Shown in pieces: positions 1 through 14,231 of a stretch of DNA of 64,000 nt (the first letter of the stretch is position 1; every line of letters starts with the position of its first letter). Made by a program: the position numbers and the translations under genes. The stretch is from NCBI GenBank assembly GCA_036867785.1, contig CP145412.1, positions 434,001 to 498,000 of the forward strand, read 5' to 3'. The notes beneath the pieces are model-generated. The model saw nothing but the letters and a program-made list of their open reading frames with translations, searched no databases and had not been told where the DNA came from. The stretch is from Plasmodiophora brassicae. Taxonomy: Eukaryota.

Positions 1-298
1 CGACCTCCTGTCGGTGTCGCTGACGATCGCCTGGGGCGCTCTATTGCCACGGGTATGGCTGCGTTGACGATTAGCACGAGAGCAATGATCAGCAAGACGT
101 AGACGCCGGTGCCGCTCATGACCAGAGAGACGCAGAGGAGCGCGCGCGTCACCCGCCTCCGCAATCCGCCGGTGCCGCGCCCACACACGGCACCGCACCG
201 CCGCGACACTGACTTTGCTTTCTCTGCCCAACCCCGAGCCTACCTGTACATATCTATTCGATTTGGAGGTCGCACAACTTACCGACCAGTTGCCTGTC

Positions 299-1900
299 TT
301 ATTGTGCGGCACCCGGGCGAACGGCACGGCTCGCCACCTCACGTTCGTACATGGCCCGCCACCGACCCGATTCCCGTTCGCGCTCTTTCAACGCCTTCTT
401 GGTCGATGCGACCTGCTTGACCAGGCGCTGCCAGCGCTCCCTGTCGACGCTGTCGTTGCCGTTCCCGTTCTCCGCGTCGTCCTCCAGGGTGTTGCCCATC
501 TGCAGGGCACGTTTGGCACGCTGCACAAGCCGAACCGTCAGTACATGTCGGCTTCCGTTATCGTCCCGTAGACGGCGCGTGCTACCTCGGCGGTCTCGGC
601 GCGTGACCTTAACGCTTTGACATCGTCGCGCAGTTCGCCAATTGTTCGTGCATCCTCAACATGTCGTAGGAGCAGAGTCCTCGATTCTTCCTGCAGACGG
701 CCTACCTCGGCTCGTAGGTCCTCGACCAGTGCGCCCGCTTCATCGGCTTCTTTCTCCAGGGCCGCACAGTGCTCCAGGCTGTGCAACAGGTGTTAGCAGT
801 GCCACCGCTGTCGCATTACTAGACAGAAGATACGACCTTGCGCTGAGCTCTGCCTTGTGCGAGTCGTGCTCGACGCGTAGCCGATCAATGGTCGCCAGTG
901 CAGACTGGAGCCTGGCCTCGACAGCTTCCCGCTCGTCGTGCTCTCGGGAGCATGCTGCACGGGCTCGTTCCCCCGCCTCCGTCTCCTGGTCGCGCTGCTG
1001 GCGCAGGTCGTCTAGGTCCTGCTGAAGCTCCAGCAGGTTCTGTTCGGCACGGGACGCGCGCATGGCATCGCCCGCTAGACAGTGAGCCTCCGCGCGTGCC
1101 GCCTCCACTTCCGCGTTCAGCTCGTCGATGACGATCTCCTGGCGGCGCACCCTGCATCCCAGGTTGTCGGCAATGTCCTGGCAGCGCCGTACAATATCTT
1201 GGATGGCCGCTTCGCACTGCTTCCCGCGATCGGCCTCCCGGGCAAGCGCGACCATGCCCGCCTGCACGTCCTCGCTGACGGCGCTCATGGCCCTGTTCTG
1301 CTGTTCCTGCCGGGCTTGCATGTCGTCGACCTGCATGACGAAATGGTGCATACGGGTCAGCGCCTCAGAAGGGTCCACGGCGGTCGACGCGGACGCCCGG
1401 TTGCGCTGTGCCTGACGCGTCAACGTCGCAATGACGCGTTCCATCTCCTGGATCTGATGTCTGGCGGCATCCACGTCGGCCGTCGAGGAGCGTACGCGAG
1501 CTTCGGCCTGTTCCGCTCTGTGTATGGCATCCTGCAGGGTGGACCCCGATCCAGCATCGCCTGCCGCGCAAGTCGCCAGCAGGATCTCGTCCAGGGCATC
1601 GTTCCTGTACCGCTGCAGCTGCAGCTGGCTGCTGAGATCCGACACGCGCGCATCGGCGTCACACAGCAGCCGTGCATGCATGGCCGTCATATGCGCGATG
1701 TGATCCTGCACGTCGACACGTTCTGCGCCGGCATACGACGCCAGGTCCGCATACCGGCGCTGCCACGACGCGATGGTCGCCTCCAGACGACACGTGTCAG
1801 CATCGCGTGCATGAGCGTCCTCGACTGCCCCGGTGTGGACCCGATCGATCATGGATCGTGCTCGCAGCATGTGGTCGATGTCGTCGCATGCCGCCGCCAT
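299..1900 (-). CDS. Coiled-coil protein of unknown function (multi-exon; 3' end uncertain)
   Basis: ORFs 740..2026, 538..786 and 299..526 are all E/Q/R/A/L-rich heptad-like sequence joined by plausible GT-AG introns. Likely start is MAAACDD at 1900. Confidence 0.6.
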
Positions 1901-2208
1901 GACAGGACAGGGGCGGGTGCCGTCAGATCGAGCCGCATGAAACGATGGCGGTTGCCCCCTGCCTCCGGCGTCAACCAAAAAAATCCATCGTCCTGCAATC
2001 GCACGCTGCCTCTTATTTTGGGGCACCTCTCAGAGTCTGTCCCCTAGGCGCCAGCAGGCCCAGAACACACCGAACACCCCGCCAGTGCAGATATTTTACA
2101 GTCGGTCTGGCTCTGCGACAACACGATTCTTTGTGGCGCCCTGCCCAAGTCTACGCTTCAGCTGGCGGAGCTGTTGATCAACAACGCTATTGCGCGAGCA
2201 CCGACCGG

Positions 2209-4029
2209 ATGACGACGATGACGCCGTTTCCGATCCCGCTGATGCTGATGCTGGCTTGGACAGTGTCCAGCCAGACGTTGCCGCTGACGTCCGTGTCGGC
2301 GGGCGAGGACGATGGGACGATGTCGACGTTCCAGGTTGTAACTCCGGGCGTGTACGCTGTTAGTGCGCCGAATCACGATTCGTATGTTCGGTTCACGATG
2401 CCGACCGGTTGCTACAACCTGGCGGCATACAAGTACATGCGCCTGCGAGCCTGGGCGTCTCCCGGGACGCAGTTTACCATTGACCTAAAGCAAGGGTTCC
2501 CTGACTGTCGTCTGGACCTATGGCCTTACGCGTTCGCGGCTGGATCTGCACTGGCCTCGCATTACACAGCGAACGGCGCCTTCGACGGCAGCGCTGGCGG
2601 ACAGATTGTCTACGTCCCGTTGGCCGATTTCCAAATCGACCTCGCCCAGGTCTGCCAAGTCTTCGTATCGAGCTTCTACACGCTGCCCGTCCAGGGGCCC
2701 GTTACATCAGCGCGCTTCGGCGACATTGAGTTCACTAATGATCCACCTGCATCACCGATGCCCGCAGCCTTAGTGCAGAACCCGACGGCGACCAGCTGTG
2801 ACGAACCGTACACCTTCGCCGTCACCTTCGACAACCAGTACAGTGGCAATCGTAAGACTTATCCGCTGCTGTTTCGTCATCGATAGGGACGCCGCTAATT
2901 CCACATGTGCCCTGCAGTGATGAAGATCCTGGACGACCTGGCCAGCGTTAACGCTAAATGCACCATCTTCCAGGTCAGCTTGTGCCGGCGTCATGGTTCG
3001 CGTAGCCGCCACTAACTGATCTGGGCAGATTGGCGGCGAACTCGTCGAGAACGATCTGGCCATGAAGAGAGCCCTGGCCGAGGGCCATCAAGTCGCCGCT
3101 CATACGTGGACTCACCCGGTACGGTTGGCGCACCTACGCGCCTGCTGGCCTGTCTGCTGTGTCTGACGATAGCACAGGATTTGCTGGAGCTGGATGAGGC
3201 CAGCATTCGCAGAGAGATGCTACTAACGGATGACGCGCTCGTGCAACGCCTAGGCGTGCGTACCCGTTGGTTCCGACCCCCATTCGGGCACCAGGATCCT
3301 CGGGTACGTGCCATCCTGGACAGTATGGGATACGTCAGCATCAACTGGGACATCGACTCAACAGGTCGGTTCGACAGCGCGTTGCACCCAGTCGGCCAGT
3401 AGTGAACCGACATTATGTTTCTGTGTTAGATTACTTCAACCAGAACAACGGAGAGCTGGTCTGGTCCCGAATCAAGGCCCGCCTGGACCACATGGATCCG
3501 GCGCGCGCTGGAGGTTAATTGATGGCAGTCGAGTCATCCTGTAGCGCGCGTGTCTGATGTTGGCTATGCCCCTCGTACAGCCATCTTGTTGCTGCACAAT
3601 GATATCGAAGCGTCTGCGAATCTGGTGATTCGTACTGTCGAATACGCCCGATCTAAAGGGTTCACCAAGTTCGTTACTGTCGAGGAGTGCATGCGGGGCA
3701 AGCACAACTCCTACCTGGGCCTGAATCCATCGCCAACGCCAGCACAGGTCCCGGCGGCAACACCTGCAGTGATCCGGGCGCCCGCCCCTGGACCTACGCC
3801 ACCTAGCGCTGCGATGCCGCCGTACCTATCACCGAAACCCTCGACTGCAACATTGGCAGGGGATGCCAGTACTGCTGCCAATCAGCCCGGCAATCCGTAT
3901 TACAAGCCCAGGCAGCAGCCCATGCAGTCCGACACGGCCGTCAGTGGAAGCCCGGAGCGACTCGCTTTGATCGGGACTGCCTTGATCGGCGCCGTCGCTT
4001 TCATTGTTATGGCCCGCCTGCAGATGTAA
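2209..4029 (+). CDS. Secreted/anchored polysaccharide (chitin) deacetylase-like protein, CE4/NodB, with N-terminal putative carbohydrate-binding domain (multi-exon)
   Basis: Signal peptide (PLMLMLAWTVSS). CE4 motifs TFDN (motif 1 variant), HTWTH, FRPPFG, WDIDS and ILLLHN. Pro/Ala-rich linker and hydrophobic C-terminus. Confidence 0.8.
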
Positions 4030-5139
4030 TTCGGGATACCTAACGTGTACTTACCGTAATACACTCGTACAATGGAGCAAACACGTTAACTCGTTGGAGT
4101 CACGACGTCAACAGGATCACGCGTGCTGTCTAAGGGTGTCAGTTGCCCGAAGCGACGACGACGTCCTCGGCGTGTGCCAATACATGCAATTTCGTACATT
4201 CATGCAGGTGAATGGGCACCAAGCCAATGGGTTGGTGCCCTCCTGGCAGGATCGGGCCGGCTGTTTTGGCGTACTGGTAGGAACGCGCTATCTGGTTTGC
4301 TGTGGTCGCCTTGTGGCTTGTACCCCGCATGTGGAGCGAAAAGTTCAGATGAGCGGCTTTGTAGTGTGTAGATCGGGCGCCTCCTGAATGGTCTGATCAG
4401 TTTAGGACAGCAGCTGCTGTGCGACGTACCTGTACGTACTCAGGTCACGCCCCGGTCGTCCGGCCCAATGCAGTCGGCGACGGAGCGGCACCGCTGCTAT
4501 GTAGGTAGCGACACCCGCCTATCGAAGCTGAAAAAGGACAATCGCACGACCAGCTCGATTGACGGCGACGATGATATGACACGGCCGTTGCTGTGCAAAT
4601 CGAGGTCGGTGTCGACGGCTGCCGCAACCTATATCAGCGACAAGTCGGCAATCAGCACGATTAATGAAGGAATCCCCTCCCGCTTCGCTCTGATATTAAC
4701 ATCGCGCCAAGTAACGACTCATACGATATCTCGGGTCGTACTACGTACCTTGGCGATTGAACGCGAGTCTATTCGGACGGCTCCGGTCTATTTTTACTGG
4801 TGAGGCCGGTGGATGCGGGTTCCGACCAGTGCCGCAGGATGAAAGACAAATATCATGGCCTTCAAGTTATAATATAACTTTGCTGATATACGTCGTGTAA
4901 AGTAAGTATTGCAAATAGGTACGTGGCGAGCGCCCGTGGCTGAAGGTGTACATAGGTAGTCCTTGGGCCAATAGCGCCGTAGCGCGTCACCGGCCGATCA
5001 TTTGCGCCAGTTGCCTTTCGGGTGCGGGTTTTGCGTGTTTTTGGACGGGGCGGAGCGCCGCCGACGTATCTGCGTGTCGCGTAGCGTGTGACCGGCGAAT
5101 CAGAGGGGATCGCGACCGGCATACGCCCGCATATCCGCC

Positions 5140-7595
5140 ATGTCCTCGCTGGACAACCTCATACCCGTTATCAACAAGCTTCAAGATGTGTTCAGCGCAA
5201 CAGGTAGCACGCCTATCGACCTGCCTCAGATTGTCGTCATCGGATCGCAATCATCCGGCAAATCGTCCGTCCTGGAGAACATCGTCGGTCGGGATTTCCT
5301 TCCGCGCGGGTCAGGCATCGTCACCAGGCGCCCATTAATCTTGCAGCTGGTTTGTCATCTCCTCGGCCGTCTCCATGCACTTGCCGATGACGACCCTGTG
5401 CGCAGGTGAACACGTCACTCGATCTGAAACTGAGCGGCAAGGACGATGAAAGCGGGTACGTGCCGGGGCAATACGTTGTTGAACATGGGTACCAAACATG
5501 GCATTTTCGCAGACAGGAATGGGGTGAGTTTCTACACAAAAGGGACAAGAAATTCACGAGCTTCGAGGATATTCGCGCCGAGATCGTTGCCGAAACGGAC
5601 CGTCTGACGGGTACTAATAAGGGCATATCCGACAAGGCCATCAATTTGAAAGTCTATTCGCCGCGTTTCTTGAACCTTACCCTGGTCGATTTGCCCGGTA
5701 TCACGAAGGTTCCCGTTGGCGATCAGCCCAGCGATATCGAGAACCAGATCAAAGGCATGATCATGCGGTTTGTTTCGAACCCGCGCGCTATCATTCTTGC
5801 CGTCACTGCAGCCAACACTGATCTGGCTAACTCGGACGCACTGAAATTGGCCAGAGAGGTCCTATTCGTTACCCGTCGTTTCCGGCTGACGCTCTAACAA
5901 TCCCATAGGTTGATCCCGAGTGCAACCGAACGATCGGCGTTATCACTAAGATTGACCTGATGGATCGCGGGACGAATGCTCTCGATGTCCTGCTTGGAAA
6001 AGTCATCCCCTTGAAACTGGGTTTCATTGGTGTTATCAATCGGAGCCAGGAGGACATCAACAACAACACGAGCATCAATGCGGCGCTAACGGCAGAAATG
6101 CAGTTCTTCCAGAAACACCCTGCCTATCGCGCCATTGCAAGTCGCCTGGGCACTTCGTATTTGACCAAGACTCTGAACAGCATCCTCATAAATCATATCC
6201 GGGAGAGCCTGCCGGAGCTGCGGCACAAGATTCACACTATGCTACAGGAAGTGCAGGCGGAGCTGCAGTCGTATGGGGAACCTATCTACCAGACCAATTC
6301 TGGACAAGGTGCGTATTACTGTTTCGTTCAGTATGCGCGCGATACTGAAAGGCCATGTAGGCGCCCTGCTACTTAACCTGTTATCCAAGTTTAGCAACGC
6401 CTATGTTGATGCGATTGACGGGAAGAGCGGAGACGTGTCTGTATCGGAACTGTACGGCGGCGCAAGGATATCCTACATATTCCATCACTCGTTCGACCGC
6501 GGCCTGAAATCTATTCATCCGTTTGACGGCCTAGATGATGCCGACATCCGCACCGCTATCCGCAATGCCACTGGCCCTCGTCCGTCCCTGTTCGTTCCTG
6601 AAGTTCGTCCAGGTGCTCGTCGTGTCCCTTGAAACGCTCTAATTTCTCTGTAGGTTTCGTTTGAACTGCTCGTGAAACGTCAGATCGCCCGCCTGGAAGA
6701 CCCGTCTCTACAGTGCGTTGATCTAGCGTTCCGGGAACTGCTTCGAGTTTCCGAACAGTGCGAGGCAGCGACTCCCGAACTCGTACGCTTTGTGACGTTG
6801 CGAGAGCGCATACAACAAGTCGTTCATGAACTGTTGAGGCGCTGTCTGAAACCGACGAAGGACATGATCAGGTAGTCGTGTCGGAATCCACCGTCAGACT
6901 GTATTGTCTTACTAGTGTGTGTGTGTCAGGAATCTCGTGGCGTGCGAGCTGTCGTACATTAATACGAATCACCCTGACTTTATCGGCGGAAGCCAAGCTG
7001 TCGCCGAGACGATGGAGCTCATACAGAAGGCAAAAGCATCGGAGCGCGATGGTTCTCAGGCATCGGCATCGCGGCCGGAGCCGAAACCGAAACAGCCTGG
7101 GAATGACGCCGCTGCTGGAGGCATGTTCAGCTTCTTCCGAAAGGATAGCGGTGCTAGTAAGCCTAGCGGGGCACCTGGCGTTGAATCCCTTGACGAGGTG
7201 CCACGATCGATACCGGCAAGTGACACGCCGACTGATCGCGAGCATATTGAAACCCAAATCATCAAGTCGCTGATATCGTCATACTTTTCTATTGTTCGCG
7301 TCAACATTCAGGTGTGTGCTACTTGCTCGTCTGTCGGTATCTAATGCTGAAGGCTGACGGTACGGTTCAGGATGTTGTTCCCAAGTCGATCATGTGCTTC
7401 TTGGTTCGTCGTTCGCAATCGGAGCTGCAATCGGAGCTGGTCAGTATTCTCTACAAAGAGGAGCTATTCAGCGAGCTGCTCGAGGAGAATCCGGACGTTG
7501 CACAGAAGCGAGAAGCCTGCACGGAACTGCTGACCGTGTTGCGTCGTGCAGTCGAGATCATCAACGAGGTCCGCGATTTCAATGTCCACAAATGA
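5140..7595 (+). CDS. Dynamin-related GTPase (Dnm1/Drp1/Vps1-like), multi-exon
   Basis: [46 protein letters not shown] and TKID motifs, middle domain (ELYGGARI), and GED ([13 protein letters not shown]). Confidence 0.95.
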
Positions 7596-7711
7596 TATTG
7601 TACCCCCATCAATGCAGTAGCCAATACAATTGCACACAAACCGTGTCTTCGTAACTACGTATAGTAGTGCGGATTGAGCAGTTTCGAACATTGATAATAC
7701 AAAGAACATGT

Positions 7712-8394
7712 TTAGTAGTGGCTGAGCATGTTGCGGCCAGCTGCGAACGTGATGCTGCTGGCGTAGATAAGAATCGTCTGAAGCACTGTAACACGACATC
7801 GGTAAGAAGGTTCGTCCGCAGTCTGGGCTTGGACCTACAGATAGAAACACCCTGAAGGCGGCGACATACGTATCAGCAACGACAGAGCGACGGAACAGAC
7901 GCATCAAACCGACCGGCCAGCTATCGACATTAGCATTGTCGGGTCCGGAGTACTTGTTGACGAGAATCACCACAGCGAATACGAGAGACCCAGTAAACTG
8001 TACACAGACGAACAGCAAGCAGTCAGGAGGGGCGCCTTTGGATACGATAATGACCATTTGATATCAGTGAGGACTCACGATGGCCACCGACACCAGGAAC
8101 CAGAACCTGGCCTGCGATACCTCCGGGCCGCCAAACACGTTGCCCCTTAAGGACTCCCAGTCGATGCCGATCATAATGCTGTGCCGTCAGCACTCAGGCC
8201 CAGACGGCATACAGGCAAATGGCATCTCACATGGCGGCGAATGTGACCAATATGCCAGGCAACGTGTAGTACCAGAGAATCGGGGCGCCAATGCGCGCCG
8301 CGTACGACGCGCCGTCAATGAAGAGCCACCAGGCGAGGCCGCAGAGGGCACCGGCGCCCATGCAGACGGCCTGGATCTTGGCCCCACTGGACAT
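7712..8394 (-). CDS. Vps68/TMEM50 (UPF0220) family membrane protein, multi-exon
   Basis: Spliced translation MSSGAKIQAVCMGAGALCGLAWWLFIDGA...LPGIL...ARFWFL...ILIYASSITFAAGRNMLSHY*. The WWxFID motif and four hydrophobic segments are typical of the family. Confidence 0.7.
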
Positions 8395-8580
8395 CACTTT
8401 GTCGTACCGTGACCGTCCGACAGCAACTTGCGCCCCCTCAGTTGCCGAATGTATTTATGATGGGTCGGGCCCCCACTCACACTTGCCAAGTGGTGATTTT
8501 TTGCATTGTCCCGGTTCCGAATAGGTACGTATTCCGAAGGTTTCGCTCCTCGACCATCTCAGCCGGCATGCCTTTGCCGC

Positions 8581-9649
8581 CTACAGGATCAGGTTTACGC
8601 GCATGTCAATGTCGGTCTCGATTAGAGCCTGTGCGTCCGTGGTGAATCGGTCAGTGCGCGGGCCTACACAGCCGTCAAGCGAAGAGCACGGCGACCTCAC
8701 GGAACTCGCGAAACGCGATCGTGCCCGAATTCTCCGGGTCGCATTCCTCCAGAATCTTGTCGACGATCTGTTCCACTAGGCCGTCCTTACCGATGCCGTC
8801 AACGACGGCTCTCAGAGTTGTCAGCAGGTCCATCCGCGACACGACGCCATCCCCGTCGGCGTCGTAGACCTTGTACAGAACTGGCGCAGATGCGGATAGT
8901 AAGCGTTTAGCCCGGCAGAACCCGGCGCAGGCCGTTACATCGGATCTTGTGGTCTCTTGGTGTGCCCCTGCTGAACACGGCCAACGTCTGTGCGAAGTCC
9001 TGCGCCCGCCGTCGTCAGTTGGCGGTAATGGCCACAGGACGATTCCGTTGCAGGTTGGACCTGGAACGTCATGCGACTGGATTTCATCCCGGCCCGGAAC
9101 ACCTCTGCCATGCGGTCCCGGAACGGGCACAGCTGGAACTCGCCCATCTTCATCATCTGGCTCAGCGTGATGTACCCCCGACGTCGGGTGTCCATACGCA
9201 GGTACCGAGCGCACAGGCGCCGAAGGTATTTGTCGTCAACTGCGATGCGGGCAGGGCCCGTGTCAGAGACAGCACACACACGCGGCAGTGCTGGACAGCA
9301 GCGCCGTACACGGTGATATCATCTTCAGCTCCTCAATCTCGACCTCACTGAGACCCGCTCGACTCAGGTCGGCTTCCTTACTCGGCCGCCACCATCGGCA
9401 TCGCAGCACATTCGTCCAGGCGGGCAGCGTCGTCGAAGTACCCTCCCCTTCATCGGATGAGTATTGCGCATGCCGATCACCGGTCAGCCCTCCCTCATCG
9501 CTGTCATCGTCATCGCTATCCTCCTTCAGGTCCTTGTCAACGCCGCCTCGCCTGGTCTCTCCCTTCGAACGGATGGTGACGACCGCATCTAGCGGGGCCA
9601 CCTGACTGGTCGACGCTCGCTCGCCCGGTCGCGACGATGATGGATTCAT
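8581..9649 (-). CDS. EF-hand calcium-binding protein, calcineurin-B/CHP-like, with acidic N-terminal extension
   Basis: LSEVEIEELK..Y.RMDTRRRGYI, YKVYDADGDGVVSRMDL and ECDPENSGTIAFREF motifs. Last exon ALIETDIDMRVNLIL* ends at 8581. Confidence 0.8.
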
Positions 9650-10084
9650 GGGTCCTCTCTATAAACGCAGAGACTGTGTATCGATCCCTGTACGTCATCA
9701 CGCAGTCACAAGCAGGGCTTGGAATCGCGCCTGCGTCGCAGACGAACAACGTCGGTGATCGCACCATTATGTCTGCCAGGCGGTCAAGTAAATGGCGAAC
9801 AACGTCTTGCGGCCTGCCACTACTGTACTGCTGACGCGAACACCGCCCGCCACCCTGCCGCAGATACAACGTGTTTCCGGGAGGCAGCAGCACTACCTAC
9901 ATACCTCATGTAGATATAGTGCAGCCCGGCATTCTATAAATAAGCGGGGCGCTGCCAGAACCGGGGCAGAGCAGACTGCCCCGGCGCCGCGCAACGTTAC
10001 GCGGGGTGTGTGCGCCCAGTCCAGGGCCCCGCCGGCCAGATCACAAAATCCCACGCCCAGATTTGCGTCGGCGCTCGAGGGTCG

Positions 10085-10116
10085 CACACAGACGCACACG
10101 CGCGCGCACACAGACG

Positions 10117-10150
<34 letters not shown>
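10085..10150. repeat. Imperfect (CA)n/(CG)n microsatellite upstream of coronin
   Basis: cacacagacgcacacgcgcgcgcacac...cacacacacacacacaca visible directly. Confidence 0.85.
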
Positions 10151-10234
10151 GGCAGACGCAACACAGCCGCGCACACGCATCCCATCAGGCGTGCAGGACC
10201 GGACGGGCAGATACGCGCGCCTGATTCGCCAGCC

Positions 10235-11705
<1,471 letters not shown>

Positions 11706-11804
11706 TGGTGCGCCCTCACATACCGCCCGACCCGTCGGCATTCGGATCGGCCCCCCCGACCCCTGGGAATACAATTGTCAGAGACGAACGACCCGCCGCT
11801 GCGC

Positions 11805-11826
11805 TGTGTGTGTGTGTGTGTGTGTG
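11805..11826. repeat. (TG)n microsatellite
   Basis: tgtgtgtgtgtgtgtgtgtgtg visible directly. Confidence 0.9.
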
Positions 11827-11948
11827 CCTTCATCCGCTGCCAATCCCAGGCGCCCCTCCCTGTACGTATTTCGTGGTCGGACACTGGACCGGCGTCGAGT
11901 GCGCCCAATACAATCCATCAAGGCGGTGCGCGGCGCATTCAGGGATCG

Positions 11949-13318
11949 ATGGACGACGAGCCCGAGGCGCCCTGGCCACAATGGTCGTCCTTCTACGACG
12001 ACCGGCGGCAGATCGCCGTCGGCAACGACGATGTACGGGGGCGGGCGGTGGGCCTGGGCGCTGCCTGTGGACGGGTGGACCGACAGTGTGTGTGTCCGCC
12101 CACAGGTGTTCGTGGCGTACACGGCGGGCGATGTGACGGCCCCGGACGCCGTCGTCTTCGTGCTGCTGCACGGCGCCGGGCACTCGGCGATGGCCTGGGC
12201 GCAGGTCGCCGCCGCCGTCAAGTCGCAGCATCCCGTCGTGGCGTTCGACTACAGGGGCCATGGTCGGGCACCGCGCGCCTCCCCCCGCTGCTCATTGCGC
12301 TCGCCGCCGCTGACCGACGTACGATGCCTCCGCGCAGGTGACACCAAGTGCAAGGATGAACGCGACCTGGTCAGGCATGCGCGTCGACCCGCCTGTCGCA
12401 GCGTTTGCCCACACGTGGCCGTCGTTTGTTGCAGTCCGCCGACCGGCTCGTCGATGACGCCATTGCCGTGATCCAGGCGACCGTCCGTCCCGACGCCTGC
12501 ATCGTGCTGGCCGGTCAGCAGCGCCCTCCTCGACGCAGCTGTGCCAGCGCTTACCATTGTCGGTGTCCGGCAGGGCACAGCCTGGGCGGCGCCCTGGCTA
12601 TTCGCATTGCATCGCAGACCGACCGTGTTCGCGTCAGCGGCGTCGCCGTCGTCGACGTTGTCGAGGGTGAGCGCCCGTCGGCCCGCCGCCCGCTCTCCGT
12701 TGCTGAGTGTGTGTGCCGGCGCCAACGTGTCGCAGGGACAGCGTTGCCCGCCCTGCGATACATGCGGGGGATCCTGCAACGACGCCCGCAGTACTTCAAG
12801 ACGTTGCAGGAGGCGGTCCGGTACGCTGTCCACAGCGGGGCGCTGGCCACGACCGAGGCGGCGCGCGTCTCGATACCCTCGCAGCTGACGTACAGGCAGG
12901 ACACGGGCGCGTGGCACTGGCGCACGAACCTGCTGGCCAGCGAGCCGCACTGGCAGGCCTGGTTCCAGGGCCTGACGCCGCTCCTGCTGGGCCTGCACGA
13001 CTGCGCCCGCCTGCTCGTCCTGGCCGCCGCCGACCGCATGGACAAGTAGGTCGTCGTCGTCGTCGTCGTCGTCGTCGTACCGGGCACGACACGCCGGCCC
13101 TGATCTGGACAGCGCGCCCGCTGACCCGCCCGCCCCCCCGCAGGGACATCCTGATCGCGCAGATGCAGGGCAGGCTGCAGGTGGAGATCATCGCGGGCGG
13201 GCACTCGATCCAGGAGGACTCCTGGCAGCAGCTGGCCCGCGTCCTGGTCCAGTTCGCCGCGCGCAACCGGTTCGTCGAGATGCGCGCCCTGAACGACCGC
13301 CACCGGCATCGCCCATAG
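11949..13318 (+). CDS. PPME1: Protein phosphatase methylesterase 1 (alpha/beta hydrolase), multi-exon
   Basis: LLHGAGHSAMAW, DYRGHG, GHSLGG nucleophile, VVDVVEGTA, ARVSIPSQL, LIAQMQGRLQ, GHSIQED. Confidence 0.93.
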
Positions 13319-13554
13319 ACTATCCCCCTACATGTACACGCGCGGGGCACCCTCTGGCCACCGTCACCCCTTGTGTCACACGACTGGCGCGACATGACGA
13401 CGACGCCAGCGTTGCGTATGCAGGCAGCCTTGTTCGTAGAGGGGATCGTCCGCCGGTCCAGGTGTGATCCAGGTCGAGGAGAGAGAGCGGCGGGGGCCAG
13501 TCCGTGGGCGCTCGTGGGTGCTGCGGGCGCGACCACAACACCACGCCCGACGCC

Positions 13555-14161
13555 ATGCTGCGACGCGCCCTGGCCCGCATCGCCCAGCACCGCCGCCTCG
13601 TTCGATGTGCCACTACCGGCGGCGGCATGCACCGACGTCGACGGCATCGCCGCCACCAGGGCCTGACCATCATCGGCGGCGACGACGACGACGACGACGA
13701 CGATGATGTTGCTGCGAGGCGTACGCGACGGGAACGCGCCCATGTCGACGCGTTCCAGGCGGCGCCGTCGGTGGAGGCGGCGATCCGGGCGCTGGACGCG
13801 AACGTCGACGAGGGCAGCGCCTGGTCCATCTTCGAACGCGTGATCCACAGCCCGCGTCTGACGCCGACGCCGCCCTTCTTCGCCAGCATGATGCGCTTCT
13901 GCTGCCGGCGCATGCCTCGTAAGGCGCCCGTCGTCATGAGCACGGCCGGCGCCCTGGGCCTGGCGGGCGACAACGACGACCTGTTCGCCACGTTCCTGTC
14001 GGCGTGTGCCAGGGCGTCGCCGGCGCTGGTCGAACCCGCCCTGGACCTGTACGGGCGGTGGGGCCCGCGCACGCCCCACACGATCGGGGCGCTGGCCGAC
14101 CTGTGCCAGCGGGCCGGGCGCCCCGACCTGGCCCTGCCCGTCCTGGGCGACGCCCTGGACA

Positions 14162-14231
<70 letters not shown>

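Noticed and set aside
4030-5100. Short ORFs and splice-like signals between the deacetylase and dynamin genes
   Set aside because: I could not assemble a consistent open spliced frame or recognise a motif. A small gene cannot be excluded.
8395-8569. Upstream ATG extending the Vps68-like gene
   Set aside because: It would start only ~11 bp after the stop of the EF-hand gene. ATG 8394 fits the family length better.
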